Assembly (NCBI GenBank): GCA_035531595.1
Contig: DATKSN010000032.1
Span: forward strand, 20,801-84,800
Reading direction: 5' to 3'
From: Pirellulales bacterium
Lineage (GTDB): Bacteria; Planctomycetota; Planctomycetia; Pirellulales; JAICIG01
Length of the DNA: 64,000 nt
A model generated the notes under the pieces. The model did not search any database. It worked only from the letters and a program-made list of their open reading frames with translations, and had not been told where the DNA came from. Both the position numbers and the translations under genes were made by a program. Shown here in pieces: positions 17,074-26,552 of this stretch. Positions within the stretch are counted from its first letter, which is position 1; every line of letters starts with the position of its first letter.

Positions 17074-17096
17074 GGAACGCCCTCTGTGGCGTTCCG
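17071..17096. repeat. REP-like unit, locus A2 (single arm)
   Basis: TAGGGAACGCCCTCTGTGGCGTTCCG immediately at the end of the 16138..17073 CDS. Its TAG is that gene's stop. Confidence 0.85.
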
Positions 17097-17159
17097 TTTT
17101 CCCCGGAATCGTGCAACGTCATATCGCGGCGAACTGACATCTGTGAGGAGTTTTCGACC

Positions 17160-18005
17160 ATGAAAGTCGTCTTGTTCTGCGGCGGTTTTGGCATGCGGCT
17201 GCGAGAGTACTCGGAGTCGGTCCCCAAACCGATGGTCCACATCGGATACCGGCCGATCCTCTGGCATGTGATGAAATACTACGCCCACTTCGGCCACAAG
17301 GACTTCATTCTTTGCCTGGGCTGGAAGGCCGACGTGATCAAGGAGTACTTCCTCATGTACGACGAGTGCCGCTCGAACGACTTCGTGCTCAGTTCGGGCG
17401 GAGCCCAGGTCGACCTCTTGGCCAGCGACATCCACGATTGGACGATCACATTCGTCGACACGGGCAGCGCCTCGAACATCGGCCAGCGGCTTTTGAGCGT
17501 CGAACGGCATCTCGTTGGCGAGGAGACGTTCCTGGCCAATTACAGCGACGGGCTGACCGACCTGCACCTGCCGAACCTGATCGGCTTCCATCAGGGCCAG
17601 CAAGCCGCCGCGACGTTCCTGGCCGTGCGGCCCAACCAGAGCTTCCACACCGTGACGATGAACGGCGACGGCTCGGTTCGCCGGATCGAGGCCATCGGCG
17701 AATCGGACGTCTGGATGAACGGCGGCTATTTCGTGCTCGGCCAGGAGATCTTCGATCACCTCCGGCAAGGCGAGGAGTTGGTCGTCGAACCCTTCCAGCG
17801 TCTGATCGCTCAGCAGCGGCTGGCGGCGCTGAAGTACCAGGGTTTCTGGGGCTGCATGGACACCTACAAGGAAAAACAGCAGCTCGACGACATGTACGCT
17901 CGCGGCGACGCGCCGTGGGAACTTTGGAAGCAGCCGCTCGCGCCGCCGGAGCCTGCCGCATCCGTCGCCGCTCGGCCGCCGCGCCGCGCCCGAGTGTCCA
18001 GATAA
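17160..18005 (+). CDS. rfbF: Glucose-1-phosphate cytidylyltransferase-like nucleotidyltransferase
   Basis: 281-aa ORF. MKVVLFCGGFGMRLREYSESVPKPMVHIGYRPILWHVMKYY ... GFWGCMDTYKEKQQLD matches the RfbF family closely. Confidence 0.8.
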   Translation: MKVVLFCGGFGMRLREYSESVPKPMVHIGYRPILWHVMKYYAHFGHKDFILCLGWKADVIKEYFLMYDECRSNDFVLSSGGAQVDLLASDIHDWTITFVDTGSASNIGQRLLSVERHLVGEETFLANYSDGLTDLHLPNLIGFHQGQQAAATFLAVRPNQSFHTVTMNGDGSVRRIEAIGESDVWMNGGYFVLGQEIFDHLRQGEELVVEPFQRLIAQQRLAALKYQGFWGCMDTYKEKQQLDDMYARGDAPWELWKQPLAPPEPAASVAARPPRRARVSR

Positions 18006-18024
18006 TGAGCCGGGCAGCGACGGT

Positions 18025-18096
18025 TTCTGTAGGGAACGCCCTCCGTGGCGTTCCGTGGTTTCTGTAGGGAACGCCACGGAGGGCGTTCCCTACAGA
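18025..18096. repeat. REP-like nested palindrome, locus A3 (inverted pair, 5-nt spacer)
   Basis: TTCTGTAGGGAACGCCCTCCGTGGCGTTCCG TGGTT TCTGTAGGGAACGCCACGGAGGGCGTTCCCTACAGA, between the rfbF-like and PIG-L genes. Confidence 0.9.
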
Positions 18097-18164
18097 GGGG
18101 CGCAGCGCCCAAAATCGACATTCCCACGCTGAGCGTGGGAACGAGAGTCCGATCGGAAAACACC

Positions 18165-18809
18165 ATGCATCCACTACGTCTCGATCAGGTGCGTTCGGTG
18201 CTCTGCATCGGCTGCCACGCCGACGACATCGAGATCGGCTGCGGTGGCACGCTGTTGCACCTGTTGGCCGCGCAGCCGATCGACGTGCATTGGGTGGTGC
18301 TGTCGGCCGACGGCGGGCGGGCCGACGAGGCGCGCCGTGGGGCCGAGCTGTTCCTGCGCGACGCGCGCCAGTGTACCGTCGTGGTCCATGATTTTCCCGA
18401 CAGCTTTTTCCCCTATGCGGGCCGCGGTCTGAAAGACTGCATCGCCGCTCTGAAGCGCGACGTTTCGCCGGACTTGATCTTCACGCACCGCCGCGAAGAC
18501 CTGCACCAGGACCACCGCCTGGTGGCCGAGCTCACCTGGTGCGCGCTGCGCGACCACTTGATCCTGGAATACGAGATTCCCAAGTACGAGGGCGACCTGG
18601 GGCACCCCAACGTCTTCGTGCCGCTCGACGAGTCGACCTGCCGGCGCAAGATCGAATCGCTCGACGTCGCGTATGCTTCGCAGCGCGCCAAGCCCTGGTT
18701 CACGCCCGACACGTTCTGGGCCTTGCTTCGGCTTCGCGGGCTGGAGTGCAATTCGCCCACGCGCTTCGCGGAAGGGCTTTACGCGCGCAAGTTGACGCTA
18801 AACGCTTAG
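18165..18809 (+). CDS. PIG-L/LmbE-family deacetylase
   Basis: Internal ATG of the 18045..18809 ORF (upstream part is REP sequence). VLCIGCHADDIEIGCGGTL and HRREDLHQDH motifs. Confidence 0.8.
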   Translation: MHPLRLDQVRSVLCIGCHADDIEIGCGGTLLHLLAAQPIDVHWVVLSADGGRADEARRGAELFLRDARQCTVVVHDFPDSFFPYAGRGLKDCIAALKRDVSPDLIFTHRREDLHQDHRLVAELTWCALRDHLILEYEIPKYEGDLGHPNVFVPLDESTCRRKIESLDVAYASQRAKPWFTPDTFWALLRLRGLECNSPTRFAEGLYARKLTLNA

Positions 18810-18851
18810 GGTTCTTTGCGAGTTGCTCGCGGCCGTCAAGCGCCCAGGCAA

Positions 18852-21692
18852 TCAGTGGGTGGCCTTCTGGAGGTACTCGGGGGAAGCAAGTATCTCGGCG
18901 GCGACGACGGCCGGAGACTGGCCCGATCGCAGTTGGGCGACGAAAGTGTTCAAACCGGCCGTATCTCCGGAGCGGTCGAGGAACCGCGAGTAAAGTGCCT
19001 TGACCATGTCCTGCTGATGTTCCAAGCCACCGTAAATAAGGCTGACCAACTCGGCCCGCGTCGCCCCACCGCTTGCGAGCGTGTGGAACCAGGTACGAGT
19101 CGCCGAATCGACGGAACGGTTCAAGATGTCCTGGAACAAGGCGTCGAAAAAGCCGTCGTTCGTCCCACCACCCCGCACCTGGAAGTACTCGGCCGACGCG
19201 AGCAATATCTGATCGACTTGCTCGATGGTATCACCCGCCGACAGCATGCCGACGAAGTGGGTCAACCCGCCCGCATCGGCGCCGCGGCGCAGGTACTGCT
19301 GGTAGGACGCCTGTACCGCGTCGGTCATGTACTCCCGGGTTTGCTCGATTTCCATTTCCACCAAGGACCGCGTCGCGCCGGCACCGAGCATACCCGTCCA
19401 ATGAGCAAGCCCCGCCATGTCGACCTGCCGCCCCAGGAGGTCGCGGTAAAGTTCCGATACGATCTGCTGGTTGGCGGTGCCTTGCGTCCCGCCGGGCAAT
19501 AGCTCCTCGTGAATCAAGGCCGTGGTGGAAACGACGATCGAGTCGCCGCCGGTGCCGTTGGCGGTCACCTCGACGTTGTACTTCCCTTCGTCGGCATAGG
19601 TATGGCTGCCCGCCACCGTGTACACGCCGCCCGTAACCGCTATGAGATTGGCCGTCGCCGAGGTTCCGTCGCCCCAATTGATCGTCGCACTGAACTGGCT
19701 GGGCGACGGTTGGCCGCCGGCGGCCTGGAAGGTGGCCACCGGCAAATTCGACAAAGCGCTCAGTTCGTTGCCGGTGATCGCTACGCCGGTGCCCTGGGTT
19801 GGCACCGCCGCATCGATGACATCGAGCGATGTGGCCGCCGAGACGACGGGCGGGTTGACGCCGTCGCTGACCTCGACGGCGAGATTCGCCGTCGAGAAGG
19901 AACCGTTGATGCCCAGCGCGTTGAGTTGGCTCCAGGTGAGCGTGGGGCTGACGCCGGTGGCGTCGCCGAAAGTGCCGTCGCCGTTGACGTCCCAACGGTA
20001 GGTCAGCGCGGCGCCGCTGGGGTCGGCGCTGGCCGAGGCGTCGAGGTGCAGCGAGTCACCCACATGGATCTGGTAAGGTCCGCCCGCCTCGGCCGAGGGC
20101 GCCGGGCTGGTCTGGAACGAGCCGATGTCAATCAGGTTGCCGGTGCTGAGCCGCGGGGCGCCGCGCTGATCAGTGGCCAGGCCTAGGGCCGCGGCCGCGT
20201 TGCCGGCGTGATAGGCCGCGCTGGTCGAGTCAATGGCCATTGTCTCGGTGGGACCGCCGTTGGCAGCCAGGGCCGACAGGCCGTGGTCTTGCGTGCTGAC
20301 GATCGTGCCCGCGAAGCCAGTTTGTTGCATGAGCAGGTTACCCACGCCGCTGGTCGTATTGACGCTACCGCCGGCCGACGTGGTGCCGCCCGTGAAATCA
20401 GCCTCGGTCGCGGCGACCTTATTGCCGGCCGCGATCGTATTGTTCAAGACCAGGACGGCCCTTTGGCCATCGCCGAGGTTGTAGATGCCGCCGGCGCCGA
20501 GGTCGGCCGTGTTATTCGCGATCGTGCTGTTGAGCAAAGTCACAACGCCATTGTGGTTGAAGAGCGCGCCGCCGAAGCCTCCGCCGTTGTCAGCCGCAAA
20601 GGAAGGGAGGCTGAATCCCGTCTGGCCGGCTTGGCCTCCGTCAGCCGCGTTGCCGGTCAATGTGCTGTCGGTGATGGTCAGGGTTCCACCTTCGTTGAAG
20701 ACGGCGCCGCCCAGCCCCGCGCCGCCGCCTCCAGCGCCTGGTAGGAGAATACCATCGCCAGTGCCACCCGCGCCGGCGCCGAAGCCGGGGCTCGCGTTCG
20801 TCGTGGTGTGGGGAAGCATCGACGTACCCATGCCACCACCCCCGCCGCCGAACCCACCCTGTCCACCGAAGCCGGCATTCATTTCGGCCCCGTCGCCACC
20901 GCCGCCACCGCCGCCGGCGAATCCACCAGGCCCACCGTCGCCCGCCGTAATGCCGTTGCTTGTACCACCCGCGCCGCCATTGGGTCCGCCGCCGGCCCCT
21001 CCAATTGCAAGGAAACCACCGAAAGAACCGCCGCCGCCGGTGCCTCCCAAGGCCGTGTTACCCGTCAGCGTGTCTTGCACCAGATTCAGTGAGCCCTGAT
21101 TGAAGATCGCTCCACCGAGGCCGGCGCCGCCACCACCACCGCCGCCGCCGGGAGGGTTACTATTGTTGCCGGCCGCCCCCGTCGCCTGGCCATCGGCCAG
21201 CGTGAGCGACTTCAAGGTCAGGTCGGCGCCCGACGCCACCTCGAACAACCGCAGGTTCGCAACGGACGAGTCGCGTGCGATCGTGATGCCGCTACCGCCG
21301 TTGTCGCCCTCGATCGTGAGCAGATCGTTGTGGTTGATCGCCAGTGCGGTGGGATCCATCGACGAATCGCCGATTTGCGACAGGTCGATCGTGCCGGCCA
21401 AACCCGCTGCGAAGACAATCGTGTCGTTCCCAGTGCCCACGTCGCCCAAGGCCGTGGCGGTGTGGTTTTCCGAGGCGTAGATCGCCTGGCGGAGCGTGAC
21501 CTGGCCCGAGCCGGGCGAGACCGCGTCGGAGAGGTTGTTGACGGTCAGCGTGGCCATGACGCTACGGTCTTCGAGCAGTTCGAGCGCGTGCCGGCGGCGC
21601 GCCGGTCGGGCTGTCGAACGTGTCCGCCGCTTGCGCCGCGAAAAGATCGAGCTCAGACCAGAGAACGAATGACGCGTGAAAAACTTCGACAT
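18852..21692 (-). CDS. Giant secreted protein: Gly-rich parallel beta-helix + PKD-like + 4x DUF4214
   Basis: Start taken at MSKFFTRHSF (second Met of the ORF). Basic N-terminus then LELLEDRSVMA, a long GGxGG/NxxxGG beta-helix-like region, a PKD-like YRWDVNGDGTFGD and four LYxxxLxRxxDxxGLxxW-type DUF4214 repeats at the C-terminus. Confidence 0.75.
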   Translation of the reverse strand: MSKFFTRHSFSGLSSIFSRRKRRTRSTARPARRRHALELLEDRSVMATLTVNNLSDAVSPGSGQVTLRQAIYASENHTATALGDVGTGNDTIVFAAGLAGTIDLSQIGDSSMDPTALAINHNDLLTIEGDNGGSGITIARDSSVANLRLFEVASGADLTLKSLTLADGQATGAAGNNSNPPGGGGGGGGAGLGGAIFNQGSLNLVQDTLTGNTALGGTGGGGSFGGFLAIGGAGGGPNGGAGGTSNGITAGDGGPGGFAGGGGGGGDGAEMNAGFGGQGGFGGGGGGMGTSMLPHTTTNASPGFGAGAGGTGDGILLPGAGGGGAGLGGAVFNEGGTLTITDSTLTGNAADGGQAGQTGFSLPSFAADNGGGFGGALFNHNGVVTLLNSTIANNTADLGAGGIYNLGDGQRAVLVLNNTIAAGNKVAATEADFTGGTTSAGGSVNTTSGVGNLLMQQTGFAGTIVSTQDHGLSALAANGGPTETMAIDSTSAAYHAGNAAAALGLATDQRGAPRLSTGNLIDIGSFQTSPAPSAEAGGPYQIHVGDSLHLDASASADPSGAALTYRWDVNGDGTFGDATGVSPTLTWSQLNALGINGSFSTANLAVEVSDGVNPPVVSAATSLDVIDAAVPTQGTGVAITGNELSALSNLPVATFQAAGGQPSPSQFSATINWGDGTSATANLIAVTGGVYTVAGSHTYADEGKYNVEVTANGTGGDSIVVSTTALIHEELLPGGTQGTANQQIVSELYRDLLGRQVDMAGLAHWTGMLGAGATRSLVEMEIEQTREYMTDAVQASYQQYLRRGADAGGLTHFVGMLSAGDTIEQVDQILLASAEYFQVRGGGTNDGFFDALFQDILNRSVDSATRTWFHTLASGGATRAELVSLIYGGLEHQQDMVKALYSRFLDRSGDTAGLNTFVAQLRSGQSPAVVAAEILASPEYLQKATH

Positions 21693-22072
21693 GGCGGGAA
21701 TATCCTTCAATGGCGGGCGCCCACGTCGGGTCGTCGGACCCAAAAACGCGATGCCCCCGTGGGGTCGAACAGGCGAGTCGGCCGAGTCGTCAGTCCCTCG
21801 CTCGGCGAATCTGGCGGGCAACTGACAAAATGAATTTCTCGGCAAAGTCAAGCAACCGTAGATTGAAAAACGGTCCTGGTCAAACGGTCGTTGCGAATTC
21901 GGCTGGAACCGCCATTGACGCGTCGGGCAAGCTGAACCTATGGTGTGGCCCCCTCCGCGCTTCCGTGGTCGCAGTGGGTGGAGCAGACATCCTAACCGCC
22001 GTATTTTTCGCAGCCTGCCGTGTCATGTGGCATTCGAGCCATTCCCCGCCCTGCCCGCCGCCTGGCGACCGA

Positions 22073-22163
22073 CAGTCCCCGCCACCCCTCCGTGGCGATC
22101 CGTGTCGCGCGAGCCGAGGTGGATACGCGCTTTACGCCGGCGCCACGAGGGCGTTCCCTCCAG
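22073..22163. repeat. REP-like nested palindrome, locus A6 (degenerate pair)
   Basis: CCCCGCCACCCCTCCGTGGCGATCCGTG ... CGCCACGAGGGCGTTCCCTCCAG. A diverged copy of the A-family arms upstream of the lipoprotein hydrolase gene. Confidence 0.5.
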
Positions 22164-22189
22164 ATGCCGCTGCCGCGGCAATCCAGGCC

Positions 22190-24157
22190 TTGAAGCGGGC
22201 CGTCATTTCCTGTCTGGCGGCCCTGCTTTTTCTGCCGGGCTGCATGGCGACGCACTACGTCAAGGTCCGCAACCACCCCAAAAACCCTCTGGTCGAGCAA
22301 CTCAAGCTCACCTCGCGCCGTGGCCCGCAGCCCAGCGGCCGCACCATGCAGCTTCTGCGCCAGTACGACCTCGACCGCCAACTGCTCGGAAACCTGGATC
22401 CGCTGTTGGCCAAGTTCCAGTCGATCCTCGACCGCGAGCCGACGCCCGACAAGCTTTATGCCTTCGCCGAGCTTTGCTACGTGGCCGGGAAACGCCGCGA
22501 GCACAAGGATCCGGCGGTCGCTTTGGACCGCTACGGCACGGCCGCGACGCATGCCTACCTTTATCTGTTCGACGAGCGGTTCGGCCCCTTGCGCAACCCC
22601 TACGACCCCGAGTTCCGGGGCGCTTGCGATTTGTACAACCTGTCGCTGGAAAGCGCGCTGCGGATCGTCCAGCGACGCGGAGGCCTGTTGCCCGGCCACA
22701 CGTACGGCATCGAGTCGACCAGCCAGGCTTGGGACGTGAAAGTCGTGGTCCGCGAAGGGCGCTGGCGCCCCGACGATTTCAGCGAATTCAAATTCGTTTC
22801 CGACTACGAAGTGCAGGGATTGAAGAACCAGTACCACAGCTTCGGGCTGGGCGTGCCGCTGATCGCCATTCGCAAGCAGCGCGAGCCCGACGCGGCGGGC
22901 GAGCAGTTCCTGCCGCCGCTGGTGAGCTTTCCCGTGACGGCCTTTCTTCGCGTGCTGCCCGACGAGCACGCCTGCCAACCCGGCAGCCGGCCGCGGCATG
23001 TGGCCTTGCTGGAACTCTACGACCCGTTGGCCTCAACCGACATCGTCGTGGGCAACCGCCGGATTCCGCTGGAGAGCGATCTCAGCACGCCGCTGGCGTA
23101 TTTCCTCAACGACCCGCAGCTCGACGCCAACGACCCCAAGCTGAACTTGGAAGACATCGCCACCGAAGGTTTCTTGCGTCCGGACAAGACCCAGGCCGAG
23201 GCGGGGCTGTATATGTTGCAGCCCTACGAGCCGGGCAAGATCCCCGTACTGATGGTCCACGGCCTCTGGTCCAGCCCGATGACCTGGATGGAAATGTTCA
23301 ACGACCTGCGTAGCGACCCCGGCATCCGCAACCGCTATCAGTTCTGGTTCTATCTCTACCCGACGGGCGAACCGTTCTGGCAGACCGCCACCAAGCTGCG
23401 CGACGATCTGGCCCACGCGCGCGACGTGCTCGACCGCGACCGCCGCGAGCCGGCGTTCGATCAGATGGTGCTGGTGGGCCACAGCATGGGCGGGCTGATC
23501 GCCAAAATGCAGACGGTGACCAGCGGCGATTCGTTCTGGCGAATCATCAGCGATATGCCGTTCGACGCGCTGAACGCATCGCCCGAAGTGCGCGACCGGC
23601 TCGCGCACACGCTCTTCTTTCAACCCTCGCTGGGCGTGCGCTGCTTGATCATGATCGCCACGCCACACCGCGGATGCAATTTCGCCAACGACACGGTTCG
23701 CTTCGTGGCCCGCGAGCTGATCCACCTGCCGCAGGTCACGCTCGCGGGACGCGAACAACTGCTGAAGGACAACCCCGGCATGTTCCGCGACCGCATGCTC
23801 CTCAACGTCAAGACGAGCCTCGACTCGCTGGCGCCGGATTCACCGATCTTACCGGTCTTATTGCACGCCCCGCGCCCCGCGTGGGTGACGTACCACAGCA
23901 TCGTCGGAGTGCTGCCGAACGAGGGGCTGGTGGGCAAAGTCGCCGGTGGCAGCGACGGCGTCGTCAGCTACGCCAGCGCTCATCTCGACGACGTCGCCAG
24001 CGAACTGAAGGTCGATGCCGACCACATGACCGTCCACCGGCACCCCCTCAGCATTCTTGAAGTGCGCCGCATCCTGCTCGAACACCTGCAAGAGGTCGGC
24101 GCGCGCATGCCGAACACGCCGCAACGGCGCGTGACAGCGGGGTTGCGACGTCGATAA
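22190..24157 (+). CDS. Lipoprotein alpha/beta hydrolase (lipase/esterase-like)
   Basis: Candidate TTG start gives LKRAVISCLAALLFLPGC (lipobox LPGC). VLMVHGLWSSP and LVGHSMGG nucleophile elbow. Sequence upstream of 22163 is a degenerate REP, so the 21710 start is rejected. The exact start is uncertain. Confidence 0.65.
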   Translation: MKRAVISCLAALLFLPGCMATHYVKVRNHPKNPLVEQLKLTSRRGPQPSGRTMQLLRQYDLDRQLLGNLDPLLAKFQSILDREPTPDKLYAFAELCYVAGKRREHKDPAVALDRYGTAATHAYLYLFDERFGPLRNPYDPEFRGACDLYNLSLESALRIVQRRGGLLPGHTYGIESTSQAWDVKVVVREGRWRPDDFSEFKFVSDYEVQGLKNQYHSFGLGVPLIAIRKQREPDAAGEQFLPPLVSFPVTAFLRVLPDEHACQPGSRPRHVALLELYDPLASTDIVVGNRRIPLESDLSTPLAYFLNDPQLDANDPKLNLEDIATEGFLRPDKTQAEAGLYMLQPYEPGKIPVLMVHGLWSSPMTWMEMFNDLRSDPGIRNRYQFWFYLYPTGEPFWQTATKLRDDLAHARDVLDRDRREPAFDQMVLVGHSMGGLIAKMQTVTSGDSFWRIISDMPFDALNASPEVRDRLAHTLFFQPSLGVRCLIMIATPHRGCNFANDTVRFVARELIHLPQVTLAGREQLLKDNPGMFRDRMLLNVKTSLDSLAPDSPILPVLLHAPRPAWVTYHSIVGVLPNEGLVGKVAGGSDGVVSYASAHLDDVASELKVDADHMTVHRHPLSILEVRRILLEHLQEVGARMPNTPQRRVTAGLRRR

Positions 24158-24243
24158 GCCACGCAACCTTGCCAAGAGTGTGACGGTGGAATAAGGTGGT
24201 GGCGGGCGCCCACTCTGTACCTGCATCCATCGAGGAGCCACTG

Positions 24244-25506
24244 ATGAAGTTTTTCGCCGTCCATGCTCTGGCGTTGGTTCTGTCGTTTCTCGCGGCGTCG
24301 TCGCGCGCGGCCGATTGGACGCAGTTCCGAGGACTCGGCGGGCTAGGGGTCAGCGACGAAAAGAACCTGCCTCTCCGATGGTCGAGCGACGAAAATATGG
24401 CTTGGAAGACCGCGCTCCCAGGCCCCGGCGCATCCAGCCCCACCGTCGTCGAAGGTCGCGTTTACCTAACCTGCTATAGCGGATATGGCCTGGAGCCCGA
24501 CTCGGGCGATCAAAAGGATCTCCGGCGGCATCTGCTTTGTTTCGACCGCCACACCGGAAACGTGCTCTGGAGCCGCGAGTTCGAGCCCCATCTGCCGGAA
24601 CACGCCTACCACGGTGAGGGGGCGTACCAGGGCTACTCGGCCAGCACGCCCATCAGCGACGGCGAGCGGCTCTACGTTTTTTTTGGAAAGTCGGGCGTGT
24701 ACTGTTTCGACCTCGAGGGAAGTGAAATCTGGCACGTCAGCGTCGGCGAGGGGATCCACGGCTGGGGTTCCGGCACCTCACCGGTGCTGTTCGGCAAGCT
24801 GTTGTTGGTGAACGCCAGCGTCGAGAGCGGCTCGCTGGTCGCCTTGGACAAGCTGACGGGCCAGGAAGCGTGGCGCGCCGGCGGAATCAACTCGGCATGG
24901 GACACGCCCCTGCTGATCGAATCGAAACAGGGGGCCGAGGTGGTCGTCAGTATCCAAAAGCGTTTGCTCAGCTTCAACCCGCACGACGGCCAACCTCTCT
25001 GGAACGCCGACGGCATCGACCGTTACATCTGCCCCAGCGTCGTGGCGCACGGGGACGTGGTGTACGCAATCGGCGGCGGGCACACGTCGTTGGCCGTCCG
25101 CACGGGAGGCACGGGCGACGTCACCGCTTCGCATACGCTTTGGCGGCGGAATAAAGGCTCGAATGTTTCATCGCCCGTCTACCACGACGGCCACCTGTAC
25201 TGGGCCAGCGACGGCGGCGGGTTCGTTTGCTGCCAGAACGCGGACACGGGCAAGACGGTCTTCGAGGAACGGCTTGAGCCTCGGCCGGGCAATATCTGGT
25301 CATCGGCACTGCTGGCCGACGGCAAGCTCTACTTCGTCTCGCAGCACGCCGGCACTTACGTGGTCGCGGCCAAGCCGCAATTTGAGCAACTGGCGCACAA
25401 CGTGTTTGCCGACGACGACAGCCGCGCCAACGCCACGCCCGCCGTCAGCGACGGGCAACTCTTCCTGCGCACCGACCGCAACTTGTATTGCATCGGAAAG
25501 AAGTAG
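24244..25506 (+). CDS. PQQ-like beta-propeller repeat protein (BamB-like fold), secreted
   Basis: Signal peptide MKFFAVHALALVLSFLAASSRAADW followed by repeated W/G-rich blades (WKTALPGPGASSP, VYLTCYSG, LYVFFGKSG, LYWASDGG, LYFVSQ). Confidence 0.75.
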   Translation: MKFFAVHALALVLSFLAASSRAADWTQFRGLGGLGVSDEKNLPLRWSSDENMAWKTALPGPGASSPTVVEGRVYLTCYSGYGLEPDSGDQKDLRRHLLCFDRHTGNVLWSREFEPHLPEHAYHGEGAYQGYSASTPISDGERLYVFFGKSGVYCFDLEGSEIWHVSVGEGIHGWGSGTSPVLFGKLLLVNASVESGSLVALDKLTGQEAWRAGGINSAWDTPLLIESKQGAEVVVSIQKRLLSFNPHDGQPLWNADGIDRYICPSVVAHGDVVYAIGGGHTSLAVRTGGTGDVTASHTLWRRNKGSNVSSPVYHDGHLYWASDGGGFVCCQNADTGKTVFEERLEPRPGNIWSSALLADGKLYFVSQHAGTYVVAAKPQFEQLAHNVFADDDSRANATPAVSDGQLFLRTDRNLYCIGKK

Positions 25507-25529
25507 GGTGGGATCGGTTTTCGCCGAAC

Positions 25530-26552
25530 TCAGTCGCCGATTTCGACGATCGCCTTGATCACGCCCGTCTCGGGCCGCGTAAACGAAGGAAAGACCTCGA
25601 TCAGCTCCTCGAAACGGGCGCGGTGGGTGATCCAGGGCGCGGTGTCGAGCCGTCCTTCTTCGATCAGCCGGATGATCCGGCCAAAATCCTTCGACAACGC
25701 ATTGCGCGAGCAAAGGAGCGTCCCTTCGGACTTGTGGAACACGGGGTGGCGGAAGCGAACTTCGTCGGTCGTGATGCCGACGAACACGAGCCGTCCGGCA
25801 TGCGTGATCAGGCCGAACGCGGCGGACATCGACGCGCTGTTGCCGGTGGCGTCGATCACCACGTCGGGCAGATGGCCTTCGGTCAAAGCACGCAGATCCT
25901 GTTCCAGGTGATCGGACGGTTGGATCGTGTGCGTAACGCCCATCACACGCCGGCAAAATTCGAGTCGCTCGGCGTTGACGTCGAGCATGATGATCGTCGC
26001 GCCCGTGAGCTTGGCGAACTCGAGTGTGGCCAGGCCAATGGGCCCGGCGCCGATGATCAGACACGATTCCTCGGGCCGTGGGGCCGCGCGGTCGACCGCG
26101 TGGCAGCCGATCGCCAATGTTTCCACCAGGGCGAGTTGCTCGAAGCTGAGCCGGCGCGAGACGTGCAGCTTGCGGGCCGGCACCAGGAACCGCGGCCGCA
26201 GACCGCCGTCGCAGTGGACGCCCAGCGTCTGGTGCTTCTCGCAGCAATTCGTGTGGCCGCGCCGGCAGGCGTGGCACTGTTGGCAATTGATGTAAGGTTC
26301 GACCGAGCAGCGGTCGCCGGGCTTGACGTTGCTGACGTCCGCCGCGACGTCGAGCACTTCGACCCCCAGTTCATGGCCCGGAATGCGCGGGTAGCTGAAG
26401 AACGGCATCTTACCAAGGTAGCCGCCGACATCGGTGCCGCAGATGCCGACGTTATGGACACGCACCAGCGCCTCGCCCGGACATGGCTTTTCCGGTTCGG
26501 CGATTTCCACGCGTTCAAACTGCCTGGGGGCTTGGAGTGAAATGGCTTTCAT
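25530..26552 (-). CDS. Zinc-dependent medium-chain alcohol/polyol dehydrogenase
   Basis: 340-aa ORF. GICGTDV, GHELGVEV, a CxxCxxCxxxxxxxC structural-zinc motif (CQQCHACRRGHTNCC) and IIGAGPIGL Rossmann motif. Confidence 0.85.
   Translation of the reverse strand: MKAISLQAPRQFERVEIAEPEKPCPGEALVRVHNVGICGTDVGGYLGKMPFFSYPRIPGHELGVEVLDVAADVSNVKPGDRCSVEPYINCQQCHACRRGHTNCCEKHQTLGVHCDGGLRPRFLVPARKLHVSRRLSFEQLALVETLAIGCHAVDRAAPRPEESCLIIGAGPIGLATLEFAKLTGATIIMLDVNAERLEFCRRVMGVTHTIQPSDHLEQDLRALTEGHLPDVVIDATGNSASMSAAFGLITHAGRLVFVGITTDEVRFRHPVFHKSEGTLLCSRNALSKDFGRIIRLIEEGRLDTAPWITHRARFEELIEVFPSFTRPETGVIKAIVEIGD

Noticed and set aside
20485-21099. Pro-rich 204-aa plus-strand ORF (PPPPPP runs).
   Set aside because: It is the antisense reading of the Gly-rich (GGN codons) beta-helix region of the 18852..21692 gene.
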